From: Ignavibacteriales bacterium
Lineage (GTDB): Bacteria > Bacteroidota > Ignavibacteria > Ignavibacteriales > Ignavibacteriaceae
Direction of reading: 5' to 3'
Length of the DNA: 64,000 nt
Assembly (NCBI GenBank): GCA_016707115.1
Contig: JADJIH010000001.1
Span: 751,102-815,101 of the forward strand
Part shown: positions 55,687-64,000 of the stretch, piece after piece
Numbering within the stretch: position 1 is the first letter of the stretch
How the letters are laid out: each line of letters opens with the position of its first letter
Translations under genes and position numbers: made by a program
Notes under the pieces: generated by a model
Told to the model about the DNA's origin: nothing
Database searches by the model: none
The model's input: the letters and a program-made list of their open reading frames with translations, nothing else

Positions 55687-56987
55687 TCGAGAGATACACA
55701 CTTCCTGAAATGGGTAAAATTTGGGAAGACAAATTTAAGTTTGATACCTGGTTAAAAATTGAAATTCTTGCATGTGAGGCACGTGCTGAATTAGGTGATA
55801 TTCCTACATCTGATGTAGAAGTAATAAAACAAAAAGCTGATTTTGATGTTAAACGAGTTCTTGAAATAGAAGAAACAACCAAACATGATGTTATTGCATT
55901 TCTAACAAATGTAGCAGAATACGTTGGCCCTGAATCAAGACATATTCACTATGGAATGACTTCATCCGATATTTTAGATACAACTTTATCATATCAAATG
56001 AAGAGTGCTGGTGAATTACTTTTAAAAAGATTATTTGATCTTAAGGATGCACTCAAAAAAAGGGCAATCGAACATAAAAATACAGTCTGTGTAGGTAGGT
56101 CTCACGGAATACATGCAGAACCAACATCTATGGGATTAAAGTTTGCTTTATGGTTTGAGGAAACTAAAAGAAATATTGAACGACTAAAAAAAGCAATTGA
56201 TATTATAAGTGTTGGTCAAATTTCAGGCGCCGTTGGAACATTTGAGCATCTTTCCCCTGCTGTAGAAGAATATGTGTGCAAGAAAATGGGTTTAATGCCT
56301 GCGCCCGTTTCAACTCAGGTTATTCAAAGAGATAGACACGCTGAGTTTTTAACAACTCTCGCAATTATAGGCGCAACTTTAGAAAAAATATCAATTGAGA
56401 TTCGTCATCTTCAAAGAACAGAAGTTCTTGAGGCTGAAGAATATTTTTCTAAAGGACAAAAAGGCTCATCTGCTATGCCGCATAAACGTAATCCTATCGT
56501 AAGCGAGCGTGTTACAGGTTTAGCAAGGGTTCTTCGCAGCAATGCCATTGCAGCTCTGGAAAATGTAGCTTTGTGGCACGAACGTGATATTTCACATTCT
56601 TCAGTGGAAAGAATTATTGTTCCGGATAGCTGTATAGGATTAGATTATATGCTTGATCTTATGGTTAAACTTGTTTCTAAGCTTCTAATCTATCCTGAAA
56701 ATATGATTAGAAATTTAAATCTTACCCGCGGATTAGTTTTTTCTCAGACTATTTTGTTAAAACTTGTAACTAAAGGAATTTCCAGAGAAGATGCTTATCG
56801 TATCGTTCAGGATTCAGCTATGAAAGTCTGGCAGGATGAAAAACTTAATTTAAAGGATGAATTATCCAAATCTGATGAGCTGAAAAAATATATATCAATA
56901 GAAGAATTAGATGAAATTTTTCAAAATAAAACGATGTTAAAGAATGTGGAATTTATCTTTAACAGAACTGTCTTAAGTGAGGACTAG
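55683..56987 (+). CDS. purB: adenylosuccinate lyase
   Basis: Fumarate-lyase signature GSSAMPHKRNP. It is 434 aa. The start overlaps the htrA stop (ATGA). Confidence 0.9.
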   Translation: MIERYTLPEMGKIWEDKFKFDTWLKIEILACEARAELGDIPTSDVEVIKQKADFDVKRVLEIEETTKHDVIAFLTNVAEYVGPESRHIHYGMTSSDILDTTLSYQMKSAGELLLKRLFDLKDALKKRAIEHKNTVCVGRSHGIHAEPTSMGLKFALWFEETKRNIERLKKAIDIISVGQISGAVGTFEHLSPAVEEYVCKKMGLMPAPVSTQVIQRDRHAEFLTTLAIIGATLEKISIEIRHLQRTEVLEAEEYFSKGQKGSSAMPHKRNPIVSERVTGLARVLRSNAIAALENVALWHERDISHSSVERIIVPDSCIGLDYMLDLMVKLVSKLLIYPENMIRNLNLTRGLVFSQTILLKLVTKGISREDAYRIVQDSAMKVWQDEKLNLKDELSKSDELKKYISIEELDEIFQNKTMLKNVEFIFNRTVLSED

Positions 56988-56988
56988 T

Positions 56989-57516
56989 ATGAAATTATTT
57001 AGTATGTCTCTATTATCAGTAATAGTAGCTTCATTTATAATATTTCAAAGCTGTGGCGGTAATGCTGATAATTTAAGCGTGGGAAACTCAGCTCCAGGTT
57101 TTACTTTAGAGGATTCCGAAGGAAATACTTATTCATTATTGGATTATAAAGGGAAAAATCCTGTTATAATTTATTTTTATCCAAAGGCAAACACTCCAGG
57201 CTGCACAACACAAGCTTGCGGAATCAGAGATTCTTTCATCAAGTTTAAAGAAAATGATATTGTCATATTTGGAATTAGTGTTGATTCTAAAGCATCTATA
57301 AAAGAGTTTATCAACGATTATAATTTGAACTTCCCTTTGCTATCTGATGAGGAAAAAGAAGTTAGTAAAGCTTACGGAGTTTTAAATACGATTGGCTTGG
57401 ATTCAAGGATTACGTTTATAATTGATAAACAAGGAAAAATTGCTAATATATTAAAAGATGTTGATGTAGAAACTCACGCAGATGAAGTTTTTAATCTTGC
57501 AGTAAAGTTGAAATAG
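56989..57516 (+). CDS. bcp: Bcp-type peroxiredoxin with lipoprotein signal peptide
   Basis: The start at MKLFSMSLLSVIVASFIIFQSCGG carries a lipobox. Active site YFYPKANTPGCTTQAC (Cys-x4-Cys). Confidence 0.8.
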   Translation: MKLFSMSLLSVIVASFIIFQSCGGNADNLSVGNSAPGFTLEDSEGNTYSLLDYKGKNPVIIYFYPKANTPGCTTQACGIRDSFIKFKENDIVIFGISVDSKASIKEFINDYNLNFPLLSDEEKEVSKAYGVLNTIGLDSRITFIIDKQGKIANILKDVDVETHADEVFNLAVKLK

Positions 57517-57528
57517 ATTTAAGCTTTT

Positions 57529-58056
57529 CTATTTATCATCGTTTTTCTTAGAAAACATTTTATATAAACCATAACCGGCAACTGTTAGGCCGAGCAATCC
57601 TCCGGTGGTTTTTAAAACCTTTGAGTTTGCAAATTTCTCAAGACTCATTCCGCTGCCCACTTGTTTCATTTCTTCATCAGCATAAATTGAGTTCATAAAT
57701 TCAACTCGATCTTTGATTGATTTAAAAGCAATTATCACTTCAGCAGAATCGCTTAATGGCTTAAACTGAATTGCACATTTATCAGAATCATTTTCATCTA
57801 TATCTTCTAAAGGTTCAAATTCCCACTTGCCTCTAAAAATAGAATAGTTAACTGTACTTCGTGGTTCGCGTGAGTACAATGGATCATTAAATACAACAAC
57901 TTTTTTTCCGTTCCGGTCAAGTACTTCTATCTCATCTTTATGTTCAATTTCATTTTCTATCTCTGCAAAAATATCCTCAACAGAAGCACTAAGTGGATCA
58001 GAGTATTGAGTTTTTCTTCTTAATATTTCCCTTGACTTTGCCATATCCTTTACCAA
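57529..58056 (-). CDS. hypothetical acidic protein with C-terminal TM anchor
   Basis: It is 175 aa. There is a single hydrophobic segment, GGLLGLTVAGYGLYKMF, near the C-terminus and no recognisable motif. Confidence 0.5.
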   Translation of the reverse strand: MVKDMAKSREILRRKTQYSDPLSASVEDIFAEIENEIEHKDEIEVLDRNGKKVVVFNDPLYSREPRSTVNYSIFRGKWEFEPLEDIDENDSDKCAIQFKPLSDSAEVIIAFKSIKDRVEFMNSIYADEEMKQVGSGMSLEKFANSKVLKTTGGLLGLTVAGYGLYKMFSKKNDDK

Positions 58057-58250
58057 ATTAAGTTATTTTACTGCTAAAATTTATAAAAATTATTATCCAT
58101 TTCTATCATAACTGTTTGATTATTGTTAGGGAACACATTTAGAATAACTATAGTCTTATTAACTTGAAAATACACTTGTAATTATATATTTAGATAAAGA
58201 AAAACATTAATTTTAGCATCTAAACAATCTTATCATTAAGAAAGATTAAA

Positions 58251-60341
58251 ATGATTAAAAAGCAGCATAAAATGACTCAAAGACTAATATTTTTGTCAAT
58301 ATTTTTCATTTGGAGTAGCTTATTAGTAGGAAGCACAATAAGTAATAATCATTTGCTTAATCCTTCTGATACTTTAACAGTTATCAAACCAGACAATCAC
58401 TATCAGATAGAAAATCAACTTATTACTTCAATCCTAACAAGATATCATTACAAAGAATTTGATATCAATGATTCACTTTCAATTATAATATTTGATAGAT
58501 ATTTGGATGCTCTTGATAACGGTAAAAATTATTTTATTTTATCTGATATAGAAGAATTCAATACACAGAAACTTCTATTGGATGACAAGCTATTTAAGGG
58601 TGATATTCAATTTTATTATGATGTTTTTAATATTTATTTGAAAAGATTAAATGAAAGAATGACTTATGTAGATGAATTATTAAATACTGAATTTGATTAT
58701 TCTATAAATGAAAACTATGAATACGATAGAGATAAATCTGATTGGGCAAAAGATCAATCAGAACTAAATGAGCTGTGGCGTAAAAGATTAAAAAACGATG
58801 CATTAACATATAAGCTTAATGGTAAAGATTGGGAGTTTATCCAAAAAACTCTTAAAAAAAGGTATAAGAATTTTTCTCAATTCTTAAATCAATCAAATTC
58901 CGAAGATGTATTTCAAATTGCTATGAACTCATTTACTCAGGCGATTGATCCTCATACAAATTATCTATCACCTGTTACTTCTGATAACTTTAAAATAGAC
59001 ATGAGCCTTTCTTTAGAAGGTATTGGCGCGCGTTTACAAACAGAAGATGACTATACAAAAGTTGCAGAGATAATTCCTGGCGGTCCTGCAGATAAAAGCG
59101 GTTTACTTAAGGCTGATGATAAAATAATCGGTGTTGCCCAAGGTGAAGATGGTGAATTTGAGGATATTATCGGATGGAGAATTACTGATGCAGTTAAACT
59201 AATTCGTGGGGCTAAGGGTACATTAGTTAGGTTGCAAATACTTAAGGCTGGAAGTGATTTAAATGCAAAACCAATTGAGATTTCACTTATACGTGAAAAA
59301 GTAAAATTAGAAGATCAGGCAGCTAAAGGAAGTGTTCTTGAAATAATGAATGATGAAAAACCATTTAGAATTGGTGTTATAGACATCCCAAAATTTTATA
59401 ATGATTTTGAAGGACAAAGAAATGGGGATGGTAATTATAAAAGTACAACTAAAGATGTCAAAAATATTCTTGATTCGTTAAAATCAGAAAATGTTGATGG
59501 GGTGATTATTGATCTGCGTGAAGATGGAGGTGGTTCACTACAAGAAGCAATCGAACTTACGGGTTTGTTTATCAAAGATGGTCCGGTGGTTCAAGTAAAA
59601 AACTCTGAAGGAAATATAGATATTGCAAAAGATCCTGATCCATCTATTGTTTATGATGGTCCATTGGCAGTTTTAGTTAATAGATTCAGTGCGTCTGCTT
59701 CAGAAATATTTTCTGGTGCAATTCAAGATTATGGCAGAGGACTTATTATTGGAGAGCAAACTTATGGAAAAGGTACTGTTCAAAACTTAATTGATTTAAA
59801 TAGATTGTCATCGCAAAAGAATTTGAATTTAGGCCAGGTTAAATTAACAATTGCAAAATACTATCGAGTTAATGGCGGCAGTACACAAAATCTTGGTGTA
59901 GTTCCGGATATTTCTTATCCTACGATGATCGATCCTAAAGATTTTGGAGAAAGTTCCGAACCAAGTGCCTTACCTTGGGATGAGATTAAATCTGCTGATT
60001 TCAATAGATATGCTGATTTAACAAAGTTATTACCGGAAATAAATAAAAAGCACTTACAAAGAATCTCTTCAAATAAGGATTTTCAGAATTTAATAGAAGA
60101 CATTCAAATTTATAAAGAGAATAAGAAAAAAACTTTCATCTCATTAAATGAGGATATTCGAAAAGAAGAAAAGCTAAAAGAGGAACAAAGAAAGCTTGAG
60201 AGAGATGAAAAGATTCAAACTAATGATGAGACAGAATTATTAGATGAGGAAGTTCCTGTAATTAAGAATGATAAAAAGGATTACATACTTGATGAAACTG
60301 CTAAGATAATTTCTGATTATATACTAATGAGTATAGGTTAA
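58251..60341 (+). CDS. prc: tail-specific (C-terminal processing) protease, S41 family
   Basis: PDZ block GIGARLQ...GGPADKSGL..DD.I, the S41 blocks DLR.DGGG and NRFSASASEIF (Ser), and GE.TYGKGTVQ (Lys). Confidence 0.9.
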   Translation: MIKKQHKMTQRLIFLSIFFIWSSLLVGSTISNNHLLNPSDTLTVIKPDNHYQIENQLITSILTRYHYKEFDINDSLSIIIFDRYLDALDNGKNYFILSDIEEFNTQKLLLDDKLFKGDIQFYYDVFNIYLKRLNERMTYVDELLNTEFDYSINENYEYDRDKSDWAKDQSELNELWRKRLKNDALTYKLNGKDWEFIQKTLKKRYKNFSQFLNQSNSEDVFQIAMNSFTQAIDPHTNYLSPVTSDNFKIDMSLSLEGIGARLQTEDDYTKVAEIIPGGPADKSGLLKADDKIIGVAQGEDGEFEDIIGWRITDAVKLIRGAKGTLVRLQILKAGSDLNAKPIEISLIREKVKLEDQAAKGSVLEIMNDEKPFRIGVIDIPKFYNDFEGQRNGDGNYKSTTKDVKNILDSLKSENVDGVIIDLREDGGGSLQEAIELTGLFIKDGPVVQVKNSEGNIDIAKDPDPSIVYDGPLAVLVNRFSASASEIFSGAIQDYGRGLIIGEQTYGKGTVQNLIDLNRLSSQKNLNLGQVKLTIAKYYRVNGGSTQNLGVVPDISYPTMIDPKDFGESSEPSALPWDEIKSADFNRYADLTKLLPEINKKHLQRISSNKDFQNLIEDIQIYKENKKKTFISLNEDIRKEEKLKEEQRKLERDEKIQTNDETELLDEEVPVIKNDKKDYILDETAKIISDYILMSIG

Positions 60342-61147
60342 ATATATGGTGTTATCCCATTTACTGAATCTAAAAGTTTTGCTTTAATGATTGGTAAAAG
60401 TGTCTGGTTAAAAGGAAAATCTAATTCAGTTTCGCATATATAAACCATTGGATCATACAAATTTTGTGCGTGTTTTATAAATTCTCTCATCAAACTGTTT
60501 GCTGAATTTTTAACCATGCTAAACGGAATTGATCGCAATAATTCTAAATCTAAATATTCAACCGGTTCATCTACTGACCAATTAATTGATAACTCGTAAA
60601 GATAGATTTTATAAACACTGATTTTATTATCTGGAACAAGAATATAACCTTTACCCCTATACTTATCTGTATTACAGCAAGGCACTATCTGAATATTCTC
60701 ATAAACAAATTGTTTGATTATCTCAGCTTCATCTAATAAATCAATATTTTCATTCAATCCCCATTTCACAAAATCAATTAGTCTATCAAGCTGAAAACTT
60801 ATTTGATGTGCTTTCTCCAGTATCACTAATCTATCATCAATGAAAGTCCCTTTAACTTCCTTTTCCAGCCAATACTTTGATTCTATATTTTCTGACAAAA
60901 TATCATTAAACCTATTTTGCAGTTGCCAAGCAAAATCAAGAGCAGGAAAAAGTCTATTCTTTCTAATATCATTTTGCCAGCTCTTTATGGTCTGAAGAAA
61001 AGTGTAGCGATTAGTTTCCCAATCAGAGCCGCAAGAAGTTATTTTTGATATATCTAAGTTCATCATCATTATTTTTTCTATCAATAAAGCAAATGTCAGG
61101 CCATTAGGAATAGACTGATAATTATGATATAGAATTCTCATTGACAA
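60338..61147 (-). CDS. hypothetical protein (269 aa)
   Basis: It is a long ORF with ordinary amino-acid composition. It has no signal peptide, no TM segment and no known motif. The true start may be internal (MMMNLD...). Confidence 0.5.
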   Translation of the reverse strand: MSMRILYHNYQSIPNGLTFALLIEKIMMMNLDISKITSCGSDWETNRYTFLQTIKSWQNDIRKNRLFPALDFAWQLQNRFNDILSENIESKYWLEKEVKGTFIDDRLVILEKAHQISFQLDRLIDFVKWGLNENIDLLDEAEIIKQFVYENIQIVPCCNTDKYRGKGYILVPDNKISVYKIYLYELSINWSVDEPVEYLDLELLRSIPFSMVKNSANSLMREFIKHAQNLYDPMVYICETELDFPFNQTLLPIIKAKLLDSVNGITPYI

Positions 61148-61255
61148 AATCTGTCAGACACTTTTTCCTCAGATTCTTTCAAAAAACACTAATAGTGAGG
61201 CAGGAAAATAATGCATGTAATAATTTCTTGTATCAAGGTATGTTTAAATAATAAG

Positions 61256-61292
61256 GGGAAGTAAAATTTTACAATCTTACTTCCCTTTTTTT
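61256..61292. terminator. hairpin terminator downstream of the ALDH gene
   Basis: The GGGAAGTAA-12 nt-TTACTTCCC stem has TTTTTTT on the plus side and an A-rich tract on the other side. Confidence 0.45.
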
Positions 61293-61315
61293 ACACAGCT
61301 AAAAATATTTACGAA

Positions 61316-62848
61316 CTATATTTCGAATTTAATACCCTGCGCCAAAGGAAGCGCAGTACCATAGTTAATAGTATTTGTTTGTCTTCTCATATATGTTTTC
61401 CACGAGTCGGATCCTGATTCTCTACCACCTCCAGTTTCCTTCTCGCCACCAAAAGCACCACCAATTTCAGCCCCAGAAGTTCCAATATTAACATTAGCAA
61501 TACCGCAATCAGAACCTTCAGCTGATAAGAACATTTCAGCTTCTCTCATATTATTTGTAAAGATAGATGAAGATAAGCCTTGAACCACTCCATTTTGAAG
61601 CTCAATCGCATTTTTAACATCACCAGAATACTTCATTAAATATAAGATTGGTGCAAATGTTTCTTCCTGAACAATATTATAATGATTTTCAGCTTCTACA
61701 ATTGCTGGAACAACATACGAACCTGATTTATATTCTTCTCCTTCAAGAACTTGTCCACCATGAATTATTTTTCCACCTTCTTCAATAACAAGTTTTAATG
61801 CATTGGTAAAATCTTTTACAGCGCCTTTATCTATAAGCGGACCAACATGATTTTTTTCATCAAGTGGATTACCAATTTTTAATCCGCTATATGCTTTTAC
61901 CAATGAATCTTTAACTTTATCATATATAGATTCATGAACAATTAGTCTTCTTGTGGAAGTGCATCTTTGTCCTGCAGTACCTACTGCTCCAAAAACAACA
62001 GCTGGCATTGCCATTTTAAGATCAACTTCAGGAGTCATAATAATTGCGTTGTTTCCGCCAAGTTCAAGAATCGCTCTGCCAAATCTTTTTGCAATCACTT
62101 CACCAGCATGTCTTCCAACATTTGTAGAACCAGTCACAGAAATCAACGGAATTCTTTTATCATTCAAAATCTTTTCACCGATGGTAGAACCTTTTCCAAC
62201 TATTAGAGTAAATATTCCTTCCGGCAAATTGTTTTCAACCAGAACATCTTTAATTATATTTTGACAAGCAATTGCTGATAGCGGTACTTTTGAAGAAGGT
62301 TTCCAAACATTAACATCACCGCATACAGCGGCCAACATTGCGTTCCAAGCCCAAACGGCAACAGGAAAATTGAATGCTGAAATTGTACAAACAATTCCTA
62401 AGGGATGATACTGATCATACATTCTGTGATTGGGTCTCTCGGATTGCATTGTAAAACCATAAAGCTGTCTTGATTGACCTACCGCAAAATCACATATATC
62501 AATCATTTCCTGTACTTCACCCATTCCTTCTTGCAACGATTTTCCCATTTCAAAAGAAACCAATGAACCAAGATCTTTTTTATATTTACGAAGTTTGTCA
62601 CCAATTTGTCTAACAATTTCACCACGTTTTGGAGCAGGAACTTTTCTCCAATATTTGAATGCTTCTTCAGATGATTTCATTATTTTTTCTAGATCAGCTT
62701 CAGAAGCTTGATAAACTGATGCTATAAATTCCCCTGTCGCTGGGGAATAAATTTTTAATTCGCCACTATCAGTAGTTTCATTCCATTTTGTTCCTGTTGA
62801 GGATCCAAAATTCTTTTCTTTAATTCCAAGGTTTTTTAAGAATTCCAT
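61316..62848 (-). CDS. ALDH7-type aldehyde dehydrogenase (alpha-aminoadipic semialdehyde / piperideine-6-carboxylate dehydrogenase-like)
   Basis: It is 510 aa. The N-terminal and [19 protein letters not shown] blocks are typical of the ALDH7 clade. Catalytic ELGGNNA (Glu) and GQRCTS (Cys) are present. Confidence 0.8.
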   Translation of the reverse strand: MEFLKNLGIKEKNFGSSTGTKWNETTDSGELKIYSPATGEFIASVYQASEADLEKIMKSSEEAFKYWRKVPAPKRGEIVRQIGDKLRKYKKDLGSLVSFEMGKSLQEGMGEVQEMIDICDFAVGQSRQLYGFTMQSERPNHRMYDQYHPLGIVCTISAFNFPVAVWAWNAMLAAVCGDVNVWKPSSKVPLSAIACQNIIKDVLVENNLPEGIFTLIVGKGSTIGEKILNDKRIPLISVTGSTNVGRHAGEVIAKRFGRAILELGGNNAIIMTPEVDLKMAMPAVVFGAVGTAGQRCTSTRRLIVHESIYDKVKDSLVKAYSGLKIGNPLDEKNHVGPLIDKGAVKDFTNALKLVIEEGGKIIHGGQVLEGEEYKSGSYVVPAIVEAENHYNIVQEETFAPILYLMKYSGDVKNAIELQNGVVQGLSSSIFTNNMREAEMFLSAEGSDCGIANVNIGTSGAEIGGAFGGEKETGGGRESGSDSWKTYMRRQTNTINYGTALPLAQGIKFEI

Positions 62849-62868
62849 TTTGTAACTCCTTTTAAGTG

Positions 62869-63282
62869 TTATTTAATTCTGTCTATAATTGATTTTAAAG
62901 TAATGTCTGTCATTTTATTTTCAATTTCTACCTGAATTTCCGAAAAAAGATCAAGGAAAAAATGGTTTATTTTTTCCGATCTACCATTCTCTTCAAGATT
63001 ATCATCATTAACATTTAAGTAAAAAGCTTTACGATCTTCAATAGCACAATATATTTCCTGTAAGTGAATCTCTTCAGGCTTTTTGGCAAGTGAGAATCCT
63101 CCCAACATTCCGCTATCACTTTTAACTATGCCTGATTTACCTAGCATAGATAGAAGTTTTCTAAGTTTAGAAGCATTGATTCCTACAGATGCTGCAATCT
63201 CTGTACTATTCTTTGGTTTATCATCTAAAGCAAGAAAACACAATGCTTTTACAGAAGTAGATAATTTTGTTGAAGCTGACAT
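62869..63282 (-). CDS. Rrf2-family transcriptional regulator (no Fe-S ligand Cys triad)
   Basis: [11 protein letters not shown]......S.EIA...G.N.S.LRKLL..L.K.G.V.S..G..GGF.LAK block. It has only two Cys (positions 15 and 79). Confidence 0.8.
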   Translation of the reverse strand: MSASTKLSTSVKALCFLALDDKPKNSTEIAASVGINASKLRKLLSMLGKSGIVKSDSGMLGGFSLAKKPEEIHLQEIYCAIEDRKAFYLNVNDDNLEENGRSEKINHFFLDLFSEIQVEIENKMTDITLKSIIDRIK

Positions 63283-63336
63283 AATTTTATAAATTGTTAC
63301 AGTAAGTGTAACATATATTTATAATAAAAACAAATT

Positions 63337-63365
63337 AAAAAAAAAGCCGTCCAGTTGGACGGCTT
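63337..63365 (-). terminator. rho-independent terminator after the 63383.. gene
   Basis: The AAGCCGTCC-aact-GGACGGCTT stem is followed on the minus strand by a run of T. Confidence 0.75.
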
Positions 63366-63382
63366 TATACGAACAAGATAAT

Positions 63383-64000
63383 TTACTTAACGAGCATCAT
63401 CTTCTTAACTGAATTGAAGTTCTTCAATCCATCAACAGATTTAGCATCAATCGTGTAAATGTAAACACCTGAAGCAAGGCTGCTTGCATTCCAACTAACA
63501 TTATGATATCCAACTTCTTTAACCTGATCAAAGATTACTTCAACTTGCTCTCCTAGTAGATTATAAACAGTAATTCTAACATTACTATCAAATGGCAAAG
63601 CAAATTTTATAGTCGTTGAAGGATTAAACGGATTCGGATAATTTTGATATAAAGTGTATTCTTTAGGAGTAAAATCAACCTCAACTGAAATTGCTTTTGA
63701 ATAAGTACTTGTTCCATCAAAATCAATTTGTTTTAGTCTGTATTGAACTGTTCCCTGGAATCCATCATATTTAAATTTATCTGAATATGAATAATCTGAT
63801 TTTTCAGTTGTTGTGCCTCTACCTTCAATAAATGTAACCTTTTCCCAGATACCATCAAGCTTACGCTCAAGTTCAAATCCCCTATTATTTAGTTCAGTAG
63901 CTGTTGACCACATAACTGATATTTCTTTATCACTTACGTTTGCAGCGAATGAAGTTAGCTCAACAGGGATTATAGTAGTTGCTGTTACAACATTACTGTA
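63383..64000 (-). CDS. secreted protein, C-terminal part only: FN3-like module + T9SS sorting domain (5' end beyond window)
   Basis: The frame stays open to nt 64000 (...IPVELTSFAANVSDKEISVMWSTATELNNRGFELER...). The C-terminus is NYPNPFNPSTTIKFAL...VYNLLGEQV...GVYIYTIDA...KKMMLVK. Confidence 0.8.
   Translation of the reverse strand, partial: YSNVVTATTIIPVELTSFAANVSDKEISVMWSTATELNNRGFELERKLDGIWEKVTFIEGRGTTTEKSDYSYSDKFKYDGFQGTVQYRLKQIDFDGTSTYSKAISVEVDFTPKEYTLYQNYPNPFNPSTTIKFALPFDSNVRITVYNLLGEQVEVIFDQVKEVGYHNVSWNASSLASGVYIYTIDAKSVDGLKNFNSVKKMMLVK

Overview
AT-rich bacterial chromosomal segment that is almost entirely coding. The gene content points to the FCB superphylum, and the style looks Ignavibacteria-like. 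That call rests on five secreted proteins ending in a T9SS-type C-terminal sorting domain (…NYPNPFNPST…), on korAB, and on an alpha-2-macroglobulin/PbpC operon. It is an inference only, because there is no rRNA in the window.

Most genes are housekeeping:
- korAB, nadE, pepA, nrnA, prfB (with its programmed +1 frameshift), miaA, pcm, plsY, htrA, purB, bcp, prc
- a lolC/E-lolC/E-lolD operon
- two tRNA clusters: Pro-Arg-His-Glu on the minus strand and Gly-Cys on the plus strand

I found no transposase, integrase, CRISPR array, rRNA or recognisable defence genes.

The less ordinary content is:
1. A NeuB-like synthase without a SAF domain, coupled to a KdsC-type phosphatase, inside an aminotransferase/SDR/hydroxylase sugar-acid cluster.
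2. A small family of nested-palindrome intergenic repeats, with three copies.
3. A TonB-dependent receptor paired with a T9SS-secreted beta-helix-like protein.
4. A 584-bp block, about 98% identical, that gives two unrelated secreted proteins the same C-terminal module and terminator.
5. A thioester-bearing alpha-2-macroglobulin carrying an extreme Tyr/Asp-rich insert.
6. A Cys-to-Ala alkyltransferase-like (ATL) protein.
7. A frameshifted M28 peptidase.
8. Several conserved-looking hypothetical genes.

No candidate stands out as a clearly new multi-gene system. All functional calls come from motif recognition by eye and need database confirmation.
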